Shown: piece by piece, positions 49,326 through 58,194 of the stretch | Numbering within the stretch: the stretch's first letter is position 1 | Layout of the letters: each line of letters opens with the position of its first letter | Source of the DNA: an uncultured Candidatus Rokubacteria bacterium | GTDB taxonomy: Bacteria; Methylomirabilota; Methylomirabilia; Rokubacteriales; DASRDR01 | NCBI GenBank assembly: GCA_963708025.1 | Contig: CAVPSB010000014.1 | Coordinates: 384,001 to 448,000 of the forward strand | Reading direction: 5' to 3' | DNA: 64,000 bases | Translations under genes and position numbers: made by a program | Notes under the pieces: generated by a model | What the model was told of the DNA's origin: nothing | Seen by the model: the letters and a program-made list of their open reading frames with translations, nothing else | Databases searched by the model: none

Positions 49326-49862
49326 TCATTTCCGGGCGGGCACCGCCTCGTAGAGCCGGAAGCTGTCGGCACGGGCGACGATGCGGAAGCCGGCCAGCTT
49401 CCACCACTTGCGCTCCTCGCCCGTCAGCGGGCGCCGTCGCGGCTGCTTCCGCCGGTCGGCGGGGCTCAGCTTGGCGCTGTCGCGGCGCCGCTCGGCCTGT
49501 CGCCGGTCGAGGATCACCTCCACGCTTCGCATGGCCTGGAAGCGCCGGCGCAGGAACTCGTAGAGGTCCGGCTCGTCCGACCGCACCACGATCATCCAGC
49601 GGGTCGGGGCGCCCCGGCCCGGCTTGCCGTCACCGGAGGACCGGGGCCGCCGCGACGGGGAGTGGCGGTCGAGCCATCGCGCGGCCGCGCCGGTCTCGAT
49701 GCGGAGGCCGCCGGACCAGGGACGGGTCTGGGTCGCCTGGAGCGGGACCAGCCAGACGGCGAGCGGGAAGGTCTTGTTGCGCCCACAGGCCGGGCACTGC
49801 TCGCTGTCGGTGACGATGTCGCAATCGAGACAGATCCGGGCGTCGTCCACCGAGATGATCAT
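49326..49862 (-). CDS. hypothetical protein: zinc ribbon + VILDRR/ERR domain
   Basis: CLDC..CPAC; LYEFLRRRF..VEVILDRRQAERRR; GAGGA SD. Confidence 0.7.
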   Translation of the reverse strand: MIISVDDARICLDCDIVTDSEQCPACGRNKTFPLAVWLVPLQATQTRPWSGGLRIETGAAARWLDRHSPSRRPRSSGDGKPGRGAPTRWMIVVRSDEPDLYEFLRRRFQAMRSVEVILDRRQAERRRDSAKLSPADRRKQPRRRPLTGEERKWWKLAGFRIVARADSFRLYEAVPARK

Positions 49863-49972
49863 GGCCGTCCTCGTCGCGGATGGTTCTTGTCGCAGATGAT
49901 CGCGGGACGACTCTATCGCGGGTCGCGGGGTTCGCGCGCAGGAATTCCGGCGTCGATGAAACGCGCGAAAGT

Positions 49973-51412
49973 TTAGAGAAGATTCGGTGAGGTCAGGGCC
50001 AACTGGCCCTGGGTGGGCTCCGCTCAGCAGAACCAGGGCTCGGTGAGGCGGGGCGCGCGCGGGCGATCGGCCCGGGGGAGCGTGGGCGCGGGCGCCGGGG
50101 TCAGGCCGGCGGCCTCGTCCGCGAAGCAGCGGATCGCGTGGAACGTCACCGCCGGATCCTCGCCGCGAGCGGTGGCGTCGCCGACGCCGGCCGCCACGGC
50201 GCCCTGGAGCGCCTCCATCCGCCGGTCGGGGTGGGTCCAGCGGTAGTAGAAGTCGGCCTCGACCAGCTCGCCCAGGTGGGGCCGCATCGCCGCGGTCTCG
50301 ACAAGCAGCGAGCCCGGCGGGACCAGGAGCCGGATCGAGTACTGGACGGGATCCACCTGATCGATCAGTCCCTCGCGCTCCACGAAGTCCAGCATCTCCC
50401 GGTAGTCCGCCAGCGTCGTCCACGGGGTGAAGGCGACCCAGGTGGGTCGGAGCGCGATCCCGGCGGCCCGGACGGCGGCGAGCGCCTCGACCACGTCCGC
50501 CCGCGTGTGCCCCTTGTCGAGGTGGGCGAGGACCGTGTCGCTCAGCGACTCGACGGCCGAGACGACGAACAGGCACCCGAGCGCCGCCAGCTCGGCCAGG
50601 TGCCGGCGCTGGCGGAGCAGGTGCTCGACCTTGGCGGTGAAGTCGAAGCTGACCGACGGGAACTCCGCGTGGAGCGCCCGGGCCACTCCGAGGGCGTGGC
50701 CGGGCCCGTTCAGGAAGTCGGGGTCGCCGAAGGTGACGTGGGTCGCGCCGGCCTCCACGAGCTGCCGGACGTCCGCCAGCACGACGTCCCGCGGGACGAC
50801 GAAGAAGCGGCCGTCGTAGACGGGCGGGATCGGGCAGTGGCGGCAGCGATGCTTGCAGCCGCGGCTCGCCTCCACGTACCCGGCCAGCTCCAGGCGGCCG
50901 TCCCGCTCGAGGTGGGCGTACTTCTCGAGGGACGGCAGGGCTTTCCGGCTCGGGACCGGGAACGCGACCTTCGCGAGGTGCGGGCGGGCGGGAGCCCCAG
51001 TCCGGCTCACCCCGGGGACTGAGGGATGAGGGCCCGCCTCGAGCGCGCGGCACAGCTCGACCAGGAGCGGCTCGGCCTCGCCGCCGATCACCGAGTCGCC
51101 CCCGTGGGCCAGGAGCCAGTCGGCGTTGAGGCTCGCGTAGAGGCCGTAGAAGACGACGTGACAGGCCGGGTTGATCGCGCGCACCTGGGCGGCCACCGAC
51201 ACGCCGAGGCGCAGCGCGGTGTGCATCGGCACCGAGATGGCCACGAGGCGGGCGCGGGCGACCCGCTCGGGGTCGAAGGGCTCGACGGCGACGTCCAGCA
51301 CGGCCGGGGCGTAGCCGTGGGCCTCCAGGAACGCCGCAGGCCAGGCGACCGCGAGCGGCTGGTGGCCCAGCTCGTAGCAGGCGACGAGGAGCACCGCCCC
51401 GGGGTCTTTCAG
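49973..51412 (-). CDS. CUAEP-tail B12-binding-type radical SAM selenoprotein (UGA=Sec at 50024-50026)
   Basis: CYELGHQP, SRGCKHRCRHC (CxxxCxxC); read-through gives EPWFC-U-AEPTQGQLALTSPNLL*; start CTG 51412 or GTG 51394. Confidence 0.85.
49994..50011 (-). promoter_or_regulatory. bacterial SECIS-like hairpin
   Basis: CAGGGCC-AGTT-GGCCCTG perfect 7-bp stem, 12 nt after the UGA, with G in the apical loop. Confidence 0.75.
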
Positions 51413-51530
51413 TTCGGGACCTCCTGCCCACCCGATTCTTCGACGGCCTTCGGCCTTTGGCCCCCCTCCCCGATCGTCCGACGGCCTTCGGCCTTTGGCC
51501 GGGGGGAGGGGGGGGCCGGAGAGTCCGATT
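51413..51530. repeat. family A repeat, copy 4 (two GGCCTTCGGCC modules)
   Basis: TTCGGGACCTCCTGCCCACC..GGGGGGAGGGGGGGGCCGGAGAGTCCGATT. Confidence 0.8.
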
Positions 51531-51550
51531 GCGCCAGATGCATCACGCAG

Positions 51551-52405
51551 TCAGTGTACGCCAGCCAGGCGGCGGAAGGCCGGCGGAGCGGGGCTCGTGA
51601 AGGTGACCGCGATGCCTGTCTCCGGGTGGAGGAAGCCGAGCTGGGTTGCGTGGAGGCAGAGCCGGCGAAGGGGGTTGCGCGTGCTCCCGTGGAGGCGGTC
51701 CCCGACGATCGGGTGACCGAGCTCGGCGAGCTGGACCCGGAGCTGGTGGCGCCGGCCGGTCCCCAGGCGGAGCTCGAGAAGAGTCGCGTCGGACCCTCGC
51801 GCCGCCACGCGGTAGTGCGTGATGGCCGCCCGACCCGCCTCGCGGCCCGGCCGGACCCGGAGCCCGCGATCCTGGACCAGCCGGCTCGTCAGTGTGCCGG
51901 CGTCGTCGCGGACTCGCCCCTCGACGACCGCGACGTAGAGCCGCCGGGCGCTCCGCTGCTCGAACTGCGCCTGCAGGTGACGCTTGGCCCCCGGCGTGGT
52001 GGCGAAGACAAGGAGCCCCGAGGTCTCCCGGTCGAGACGGTGGACGACGAACGGGCGGCGCGGCGGTCGCCGCGTCGCCAGGTACTCCCAGAGGAGATGG
52101 TTGACCGTGCGCTCCCGCTCGCGCTCGGTCGCGATGGTGAGGAGGCCGGGCGGCTTGTCGACGACGAGGAAGACGTCGTCCTCGTGCACGCGTCCCAGCT
52201 CGGGCGGGAAGGTGGTCTTCGCCGGCGGACCGAGGTCGAGCGCGTCCACGATCCGGACCGGGGCCCGGGGATCGCGCACGACGGCGCCGTTGACGCGGAC
52301 GCGGCCCTCGGCGAGCCACGTCTTGAGGCGGCGCGCCGAGGAGTCGGGAAACTCGCCCCGGAGCCGGGCCAGCAGGGGAGCCGTCGCCGGGGCGGGGCCC
52401 GTCAC
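51551..52405 (-). CDS. RluA-family pseudouridine synthase with S4-like N-terminus
   Basis: VDKPPGL, VHRLDRETSGL, GRAAITHY, TGRRHQLRV, GDRLHG, LCLHA. Confidence 0.92.
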   Translation of the reverse strand: MTGPAPATAPLLARLRGEFPDSSARRLKTWLAEGRVRVNGAVVRDPRAPVRIVDALDLGPPAKTTFPPELGRVHEDDVFLVVDKPPGLLTIATERERERTVNHLLWEYLATRRPPRRPFVVHRLDRETSGLLVFATTPGAKRHLQAQFEQRSARRLYVAVVEGRVRDDAGTLTSRLVQDRGLRVRPGREAGRAAITHYRVAARGSDATLLELRLGTGRRHQLRVQLAELGHPIVGDRLHGSTRNPLRRLCLHATQLGFLHPETGIAVTFTSPAPPAFRRLAGVH

Positions 52406-52698
52406 GAGGGCGCGGCGCGGACGGCGTCGGCCACCTGGCGCTGAGCCGCCTGGAGCGCGGCGTCGGCATTGCCGAAGACCGCGAGGGCGATGCCATCGGG
52501 CTGGCGGCGGAGCGTGACCATGCCGGCCGGGGTCCGGAGGCGGACCTCGGTCCACTCGGTCGGCGGCGGCGCCGACGGCGGAACGAGGGCGTTGTTGACC
52601 ATGGCGATCGTGCTCGGCAGGCCGGCCGCCGCCAGGCGTTCGAGGACGGGGCCGAGCGGGCAGCCGCCGCTCCGCGGGACGACGATTTCCAGGCCGAT
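52402..52698 (-). CDS. hypothetical protein (non-canonical start)
   Basis: GLEIVVPR..WTEVRLRTPAGMVTLRR..VFGNAD; stop overlaps the RluA GTG; only ATC/CTG candidates follow the repeat-borne SD. Confidence 0.6.
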   Translation of the reverse strand: MGLEIVVPRSGGCPLGPVLERLAAAGLPSTIAMVNNALVPPSAPPPTEWTEVRLRTPAGMVTLRRQPDGIALAVFGNADAALQAAQRQVADAVRAAPS

Positions 52699-52700
52699 TT

Positions 52701-52791
52701 TTCGGGACCTCCCGCCCACCCCCCAGCCCCCTCCCCCACTGTCCGATGGCCTTCGGCCTTTGGCTGGGGGGAGGGGGGGCCGGAAGGGCTT
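52701..52791. repeat. family A repeat, copy 5
   Basis: TTCGGGACCTCCCGCCCACCCCCCAGCCCCCTCCCCCAC..GGCCTTCGGCC..GGGGGGAGGGGGGGCCGGA. Confidence 0.8.
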
Positions 52792-52800
52792 CACACGGTG

Positions 52801-53346
52801 TCAGTCGGGGGTCGGAGCGCTCATCGCTCCCTGGGCATCCGATCGCTTTGCCGGCTCCGGGACCAGCTGATGAAAGAGGCTCGACTCGCGCTTGTAGAAG
52901 CCTTCGGTGTGGAAGGAATCGGCCAGGCGCAGGTGCTGGTAGTCGAGGTGGTGGCCCAGCTCGTGGAGGAGCGTGCGGAGGAACGTGCGGAATGCCACCA
53001 CGCGTCGCTGGCGGGCGGTTCGCATCCAGAGGGTGACCTTGGCCGGCCGGCCGCGCTCGGCGGTCTCGTAGAGGCCCTGCAGCTCGCCCCACTGGCCGTG
53101 CGGCCGCGCCGCCAGCACATCGACCCGGCAAGGCGGCGTCCCGAACGCGCGGGCCAGCGTGTTGAAGATCCGGTCGGTGGCGACCTGGATCGCCGCCCGC
53201 TCCTCGCGGGCCAGCGCCGCCGCGAGCGCCTCCACCAGCGGCCACAGTGTCGCCGGGTGAGCCAGGCGCAGGCTGGTGATCTCGTCGCTCTGCCGGTAGA
53301 TCCGCTGCTGGGAGCGGGTCAGGCGGTCGTAGTACGAGAACGGCAC
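52801..53346 (-). CDS. putative zinc metalloprotease-like (HExxH) protein
   Basis: TLLHELGHH plus downstream HTEGF, SprT/WLM-like layout. Confidence 0.7.
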   Translation of the reverse strand: MPFSYYDRLTRSQQRIYRQSDEITSLRLAHPATLWPLVEALAAALAREERAAIQVATDRIFNTLARAFGTPPCRVDVLAARPHGQWGELQGLYETAERGRPAKVTLWMRTARQRRVVAFRTFLRTLLHELGHHLDYQHLRLADSFHTEGFYKRESSLFHQLVPEPAKRSDAQGAMSAPTPD

Positions 53347-53353
53347 GACGCCG

Positions 53354-54610
53354 CTACCGGCCGCCGACCACCGGACTCAGGGCCGGTGAGCAGCGCGCCC
53401 GCTCGTCGATGGCGACGCTGGCGATCGCGCCGGCGAGGAGCTGGGTGCAGGCGATCCCGATCGGAAGGCCGTAGCCGCCCGACAGATCGAAGAGGAACCC
53501 GCCGAGCCAGGAGCCGGTCGCGGCGCCCACCTGGTGGACCAGGAAGATGCTGCCGAAGATCGAGCCGACCGAGAAGCGCCCGAAGATGTCGGCGGTCAGC
53601 GCGGAGGTCATCGCCAGGCTCCCCGACATGCTGGCACCGCCCAGCGCCGCGATGAGGACGAGAGCGCCGGGGCGGTCGTGGACGAGGAACAGGGCGGCGA
53701 ACAGGAGCGCGCGCGTCGCGTAGAGCCAGGCGAGGACCGGCCGGCGACCCAGGCGGTCGGCGATCGCGCCAAGGAGCATCGCGCCGACCATGCTGGAGGC
53801 GCCCAGGACGCCGAGCGCCCACGAAGCGGTCATCGGGTGGTAGCCGTGGTCGGTCAGCATGGGAACGCCGTGGGCCGCCAGCAGGCTCATCGAGAAGCCG
53901 CAGGTGTACATGCCGCCACAGAGCTGCCAGAAGGGGAGCGTCTGGACAGCGGCGCCGACCGGGGTCTGCTCCGCGTCGGCGCCGAGGCCGCGGGGGCCGG
54001 CGGGCGCGCCGTCGGGGGTCAGCCCCATCGACTCCGGCGACTCCCGCACGACCCAGAGGACCAGCGGGACGATCACGACCAGGATGGCGACGGCCATGAC
54101 GCCGTAGGTGGCGCGCCAGCCGACCGTCAGGATGAGCCACATCGCCACCGGCACCAGCAGGCTCATGCCGGCCATGGAGGCGCCGCCGACCATCGAGAGG
54201 GCGGTCGCGCGGCGCCGGATGAACCAGCGCGAGATGACCGCGGAGGCCACGACGTGACCGGTGGCGGCCAGGCCGAGCGCCACGCCGATCCCGTAGACCA
54301 GGTAGAGCTGCCAGAGGCGGGTCACGAGGCCGGTTCCCGCCACCGCGGCGGCCAGCAGGACGGTGCCGGCGACGGTGACCAGCCGGGCGCCCAGTTGGTC
54401 GGCGAGTCGCCCCACCAGTGGCATGAAGACGCCGTAGAGGAGCAGGCTGAGCGCGATGACGAGGGAGAAGCTCGCCCGGTCGATGCCGAGGTCGGCGACG
54501 ATGGGCTTGAGGAACGGGCCGACCGCGAAGCGGATCCCGGTGGAGAGGAAGACCGCCACCGAGAGGGCCAGCGTGACCCACCAGCCGTAGAACAGACGGC
54601 GTTGCCTCAT
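53354..54610 (-). CDS. MFS transporter
   Basis: FYGWWV, GRLADQLGAR, WFIRRRATA, ADRLGRR; about 12 TM segments. Confidence 0.9.
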   Translation of the reverse strand: MRQRRLFYGWWVTLALSVAVFLSTGIRFAVGPFLKPIVADLGIDRASFSLVIALSLLLYGVFMPLVGRLADQLGARLVTVAGTVLLAAAVAGTGLVTRLWQLYLVYGIGVALGLAATGHVVASAVISRWFIRRRATALSMVGGASMAGMSLLVPVAMWLILTVGWRATYGVMAVAILVVIVPLVLWVVRESPESMGLTPDGAPAGPRGLGADAEQTPVGAAVQTLPFWQLCGGMYTCGFSMSLLAAHGVPMLTDHGYHPMTASWALGVLGASSMVGAMLLGAIADRLGRRPVLAWLYATRALLFAALFLVHDRPGALVLIAALGGASMSGSLAMTSALTADIFGRFSVGSIFGSIFLVHQVGAATGSWLGGFLFDLSGGYGLPIGIACTQLLAGAIASVAIDERARCSPALSPVVGGR

Positions 54611-54689
54611 GCTCGGCAGGCCCCCCTCCGATGGTCGGGAAGCATGTCGAAGTATCGGAAGGTCTCCGGCCAGCCGTGCTCGGCCGGGA

Positions 54690-54765
54690 GCGGCTTCCGA
54701 GCGGCGGCTTTGCCGCCGCAACCGAGGGGGGGAATCGGGGGGGTCTTCCGAGACCCCCCCGAAGG
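54690..54765. repeat. family B repeat, copy 2
   Basis: GCGGCGGCTTTGCCGCCGC..TCGGGGGGGTCTTCCGAGACCCCCCCGA. Confidence 0.75.
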
Positions 54766-54767
54766 AA

Positions 54768-55898
54768 CTAGTACGTCTGGCGGCCGATGAACTGCCACTT
54801 ACCATCCTTCACCACCAGGTAGACCTGGTCCTTCGCCTCGCGCTCGCGGCTGTCGTTGAACGAGAAGGTGCCGGTGACACCCCCGAAGCTCCGCGTCGCG
54901 GCCACCGCGTCCCGGATGGCGTCGCGGTCGGCCCCCGCCTTCTCGATCGCGGTCAAGATGATCCGGGCGGCGTCGTAGGTGGTGGCGTGGTAGGGCTCCG
55001 GCTTCTCGTTGGGGTGGAGCTTCTGGTACATGGCGACGAAGTTCTTCACGACCGGCGCCGGGTCGTCGGCGTTGAACTCGGTGTTGACGGCGAGCCCCTC
55101 GGCGTTCCCCTTGCCGGCGATCTCGAGGAACTTGTCCTCGTAGAGGGTCCCGGTGCCCACCAGGGGGGCCGTGATCCCCAGGTTCCGGGCCTGGAGCACG
55201 ACGAGCGCGCCGGTCGTGTAGTAGGTCAGGATGGCGAGCGCGTCCGGGTTGGCCGCCTTGATCTTGGTGAGCTGCGCCTTGAAGTCGGTGTCCTTGTCGT
55301 ACACGACCTCGGTGGCCACCGCCTTGGCCCCGAGCTTCTCGAGCTCCTTCAGGAAGTAATCCTTGGTCTGGATGCCCCAGTCGTTCTGGACGTAGACGAC
55401 CGCGACGTTCTTCTTGCCGAGCTTCTTGACCGTGTACTGGGCCAGGTCCGGCACGTAGACCGAGATGGGCGACCACATCCGGAACATGTACTTGCCGCCC
55501 TGCTTGGTGAGGTCGGTGTGGGACGCCGACGGCGTGATCGTCGCGAGGTGGGCCTTGGTGTAGATCGGGATGGCCGCGAAGCACGCCGAGGAGGAGTAGT
55601 GACCCAGCACGGCGAGGATCCGGTCGTCGGCGGCGAACTTCTGGGCGACGGTGGCGGCCTCCTTGGGATCGCCCTTGTCGTCCTCGACCCGGATGACCAC
55701 CTTCCGGCCCTTGATGCCGCCCTTGGCGTTCACCTCGTCGGCGGCGAGCTGGGCTCCCTCGGCGAACTGCTTGCCGATCTGGGCCAGGTTGCCGGTCATC
55801 GGGGCGGCGACCCCGATGACCAGGTCCTGGGCCGCGGCCGGACCGGCGTCGAGACCCAGGGTCAGGAGGAGGACGGCCACGAACCATAGGGTGCGCAT
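54768..55898 (-). CDS. branched-chain amino acid ABC substrate-binding protein (LivJ/K-like)
   Basis: IGVAAPMTG, NAKGGIKG, DDKGDPKEA, LGHYSS, DFKAQLTKIK, TYDA. Confidence 0.9.
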   Translation of the reverse strand: MRTLWFVAVLLLTLGLDAGPAAAQDLVIGVAAPMTGNLAQIGKQFAEGAQLAADEVNAKGGIKGRKVVIRVEDDKGDPKEAATVAQKFAADDRILAVLGHYSSSACFAAIPIYTKAHLATITPSASHTDLTKQGGKYMFRMWSPISVYVPDLAQYTVKKLGKKNVAVVYVQNDWGIQTKDYFLKELEKLGAKAVATEVVYDKDTDFKAQLTKIKAANPDALAILTYYTTGALVVLQARNLGITAPLVGTGTLYEDKFLEIAGKGNAEGLAVNTEFNADDPAPVVKNFVAMYQKLHPNEKPEPYHATTYDAARIILTAIEKAGADRDAIRDAVAATRSFGGVTGTFSFNDSREREAKDQVYLVVKDGKWQFIGRQTY

Positions 55899-55953
55899 CG
55901 ACGGTCTCCTCGTGCTAGGGGTTGGGTCGAGCGGGACTGAGGGCGCGCGAACG

Positions 55954-56039
55954 AATCGGTCCTCGCCCCCCTCCCCCCGGTGGGTGGGGGAGGGGGCAAA
56001 GGCCGAAGGGGGTTGGGGGGGTAGGCGGGAGGTTCCGAA
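55954..56039. repeat. family A repeat, copy 6 (inverted)
   Basis: AATCGGTCCTCGCCCCCCTCCCCCCGGTGGGTGGGGGAGGGGG..GGCCGAAGG..GGTAGGCGGGAGGTTCCGAA. Confidence 0.8.
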
Positions 56040-56047
56040 CACAATTC

Positions 56048-56428
56048 TCAACTCGTCGAGTAGGCGGCGCGGCCGATCGCCACCACCGCGCCCTTGGCGT
56101 CGCGCAGCTCCACGTCGGCGACCCCGACGGTGCGGCCGACCTTCACGGCGCGGGCCACCGCGGTCAGGTCGCCCTTGAGGGCCGGGCGCAGGTAGTCCAC
56201 GCGCAGGTCGATCGTGGCCACCCAGCGCTCCAGGCGGGAGGCGATCGCGTAGTCGCCGGCGATGTCGACCAGGGCCGCGAGGACGCCGCCGTGGTACCAG
56301 TCGGAGTCGTCGTCACGGCCGAACTCCTCGCGCCAGGGGAGCCGCATCTCGGCCTCCCCGGCTTCGGCGCGGATCAGCTCGAGGCCGATGAGGCGATGGA
56401 AGGGCGAGTGCTCGACCGTGAGCTTCAT
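56048..56428 (-). CDS. PaaI-family thioesterase
   Basis: YHGGVLAALVD, TIDLRVDYLRPA, VGRTVGVADV. Confidence 0.9.
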   Translation of the reverse strand: MKLTVEHSPFHRLIGLELIRAEAGEAEMRLPWREEFGRDDDSDWYHGGVLAALVDIAGDYAIASRLERWVATIDLRVDYLRPALKGDLTAVARAVKVGRTVGVADVELRDAKGAVVAIGRAAYSTS

Positions 56429-58092
56429 CGGGTGGACTCGAGGGGGCCGGCTTCGGCGGCCAGCCGCTTGAGGGCCGTCCGGTCGAGCTTCCCGGTGCCG
56501 CCGAGGGGAAGCCGGTCGAGGAAGACCACACGGCGCGGATGGGCATAGGGAGCGCCGCGCTCGAGGAAGAAGCGCTTGACCTCCTCCTCGCCCGGGGGCC
56601 CGGCCGTGTCGCGGGCCACGACGTAGGCCACCGGCACCCAGCCCTTCGTCCGGTGCGGCGCCGGCACCACGCAGGCGTCCTTGAGACCCGGGTGGCGGAG
56701 GAGGAGGTCCTCGACCTCCTTCGGGTACACGTTCTCCCCCGCCACGTTGATCATGTCGTCCTTGCGCCCGATGAAGTAATAGTAGCCGTCCCGGTCGCGG
56801 CGCATGAGGTCGCCGGTGGCGAGCCACCCGTCGTGGAGCTTCCGGGTCGTCACCTCGGGCAGCTTCCAGTAGCCCTTGGCGATCCCGGGGTTCCGGCACA
56901 CCAGCTCGCCCACCTCGTCCACCGCGCAGTCGCTCCCGTCGGCGCGGACGATCCGGTTCTCGGCCTGGGCGACGTCAACGCCGCAGGAGCCGAGCTTCTT
57001 GAGGCCGTAGCGGGGATTGGCACAGGGGACGGGCCCGCCCTCGGTGAGCCCGTACGACTCGGCGATCGGCGCCCCGAAGACCCGCTGGAACTCGGCGAGC
57101 AGCTCTTCCGGCACCTCGGCCGAGCCGCACAGCGCGTAGCGGATCGAGCGGACGTCGTGGCGGGCCAGGGTCTCCTTCTCGGCGAGCATCATCTTGTACA
57201 TCGCCGGCACGCCGGTCATGTAGGTGACCCGGTGGCGGTCGATGGCGCGGATCACGGCCACGGGATCGAAGCCGGGCAGGATCACGAGCGAGCCGCCGCA
57301 GAGCAGGAACGGCTTCACGGCGCCGATCATCGCGTTCTTGTGGTAGAGGGGGACCGCCACCAGGGCGCGCTCGGTGTGGTCGAGGCACGCCATCTTGCGG
57401 ATCACGTCGGCGTTCCAGATCTGGCCGCGGTGGGCGAGCAGCACCCCCTTCGGCTTCCCGGTGGAGCCCGAGGTGTAGGGCTGCATGCAGATCGCTTCGG
57501 GGTCGATGCGGCGGCGTCGGAACCGCGGCGAGGCCGCGTCCATGAGCGCGCGGTAGTTGAGGACCGGCACACCCGTGGAGCGTCCACCCCCAGGTGGGGG
57601 GGTCCAGGGGGGGACCACCGGACGGGCGGGAGGCCCCGAGCGCCGCAGGCGCGAGGCGTCCCGGTGACCGGATGGTTGGGACTCCCCCCCTGATGGACAA
57701 TCGGCGAGCAGGTGGCCGAGCGACTTGATGCCGCCGGCCAGGCCCCGCGCGCGCTCGGCCTGGTCGCCGCCGGCGATCAGGACCTTCGCCTCGGCGTCCT
57801 CCAGCACGTAGGCGAGCGACTCGTCACCCATCCGGATGTTCAGCGGCACCGCGACGGCGCCCAGCCGCATGGGGGCGAAGAACGCCTCGAGGAAGCGCCA
57901 GTCGTTGCCGAACATGAGGCCGACGCGGTCGCCGGGGCCGACCCCGAGGCCGGCCAGGACGTTCGCCATCCGGCAGACGCGCCCCTCGAGCTCCCGGTAG
58001 GTGAGGGTGGTGTCGTCCTGGATGACCGCGACCGCGCCGGGCGTGAGGCGGAGCGGCCCGTCGAAGACGTGGCCCAGGTTCTCGGGGAGCAT
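56425..58092 (-). CDS. acyl-CoA ligase (class I adenylate-forming) with a 39-aa in-frame insertion
   Basis: YTSGSTGKPKG, ESYGLTE, WLATGD, GRKDDMI, GTGK. Confidence 0.92.
   Translation of the reverse strand: MLPENLGHVFDGPLRLTPGAVAVIQDDTTLTYRELEGRVCRMANVLAGLGVGPGDRVGLMFGNDWRFLEAFFAPMRLGAVAVPLNIRMGDESLAYVLEDAEAKVLIAGGDQAERARGLAGGIKSLGHLLADCPSGGESQPSGHRDASRLRRSGPPARPVVPPWTPPPGGGRSTGVPVLNYRALMDAASPRFRRRRIDPEAICMQPYTSGSTGKPKGVLLAHRGQIWNADVIRKMACLDHTERALVAVPLYHKNAMIGAVKPFLLCGGSLVILPGFDPVAVIRAIDRHRVTYMTGVPAMYKMMLAEKETLARHDVRSIRYALCGSAEVPEELLAEFQRVFGAPIAESYGLTEGGPVPCANPRYGLKKLGSCGVDVAQAENRIVRADGSDCAVDEVGELVCRNPGIAKGYWKLPEVTTRKLHDGWLATGDLMRRDRDGYYYFIGRKDDMINVAGENVYPKEVEDLLLRHPGLKDACVVPAPHRTKGWVPVAYVVARDTAGPPGEEEVKRFFLERGAPYAHPRRVVFLDRLPLGGTGKLDRTALKRLAAEAGPLESTR
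57582..57698. mobile_element. 117-bp palindromic MITE/REP-like element inserted in frame
   Basis: Ends GTCCA..TGGAC, G-run/C-run dyad, internal GCGCCGCAGGCGC hairpin; encodes a low-complexity peptide. Confidence 0.7.
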
Positions 58093-58194
58093 CAGGCTTT
58101 CGGGGAGGTGCGGGTCTTCAAGTGGCGGCGATCATGGGGGTGATAGACCCGGACATGTCCCGAGTCTACTGGCTCCGGTAGCCGAAGGGAAGGG

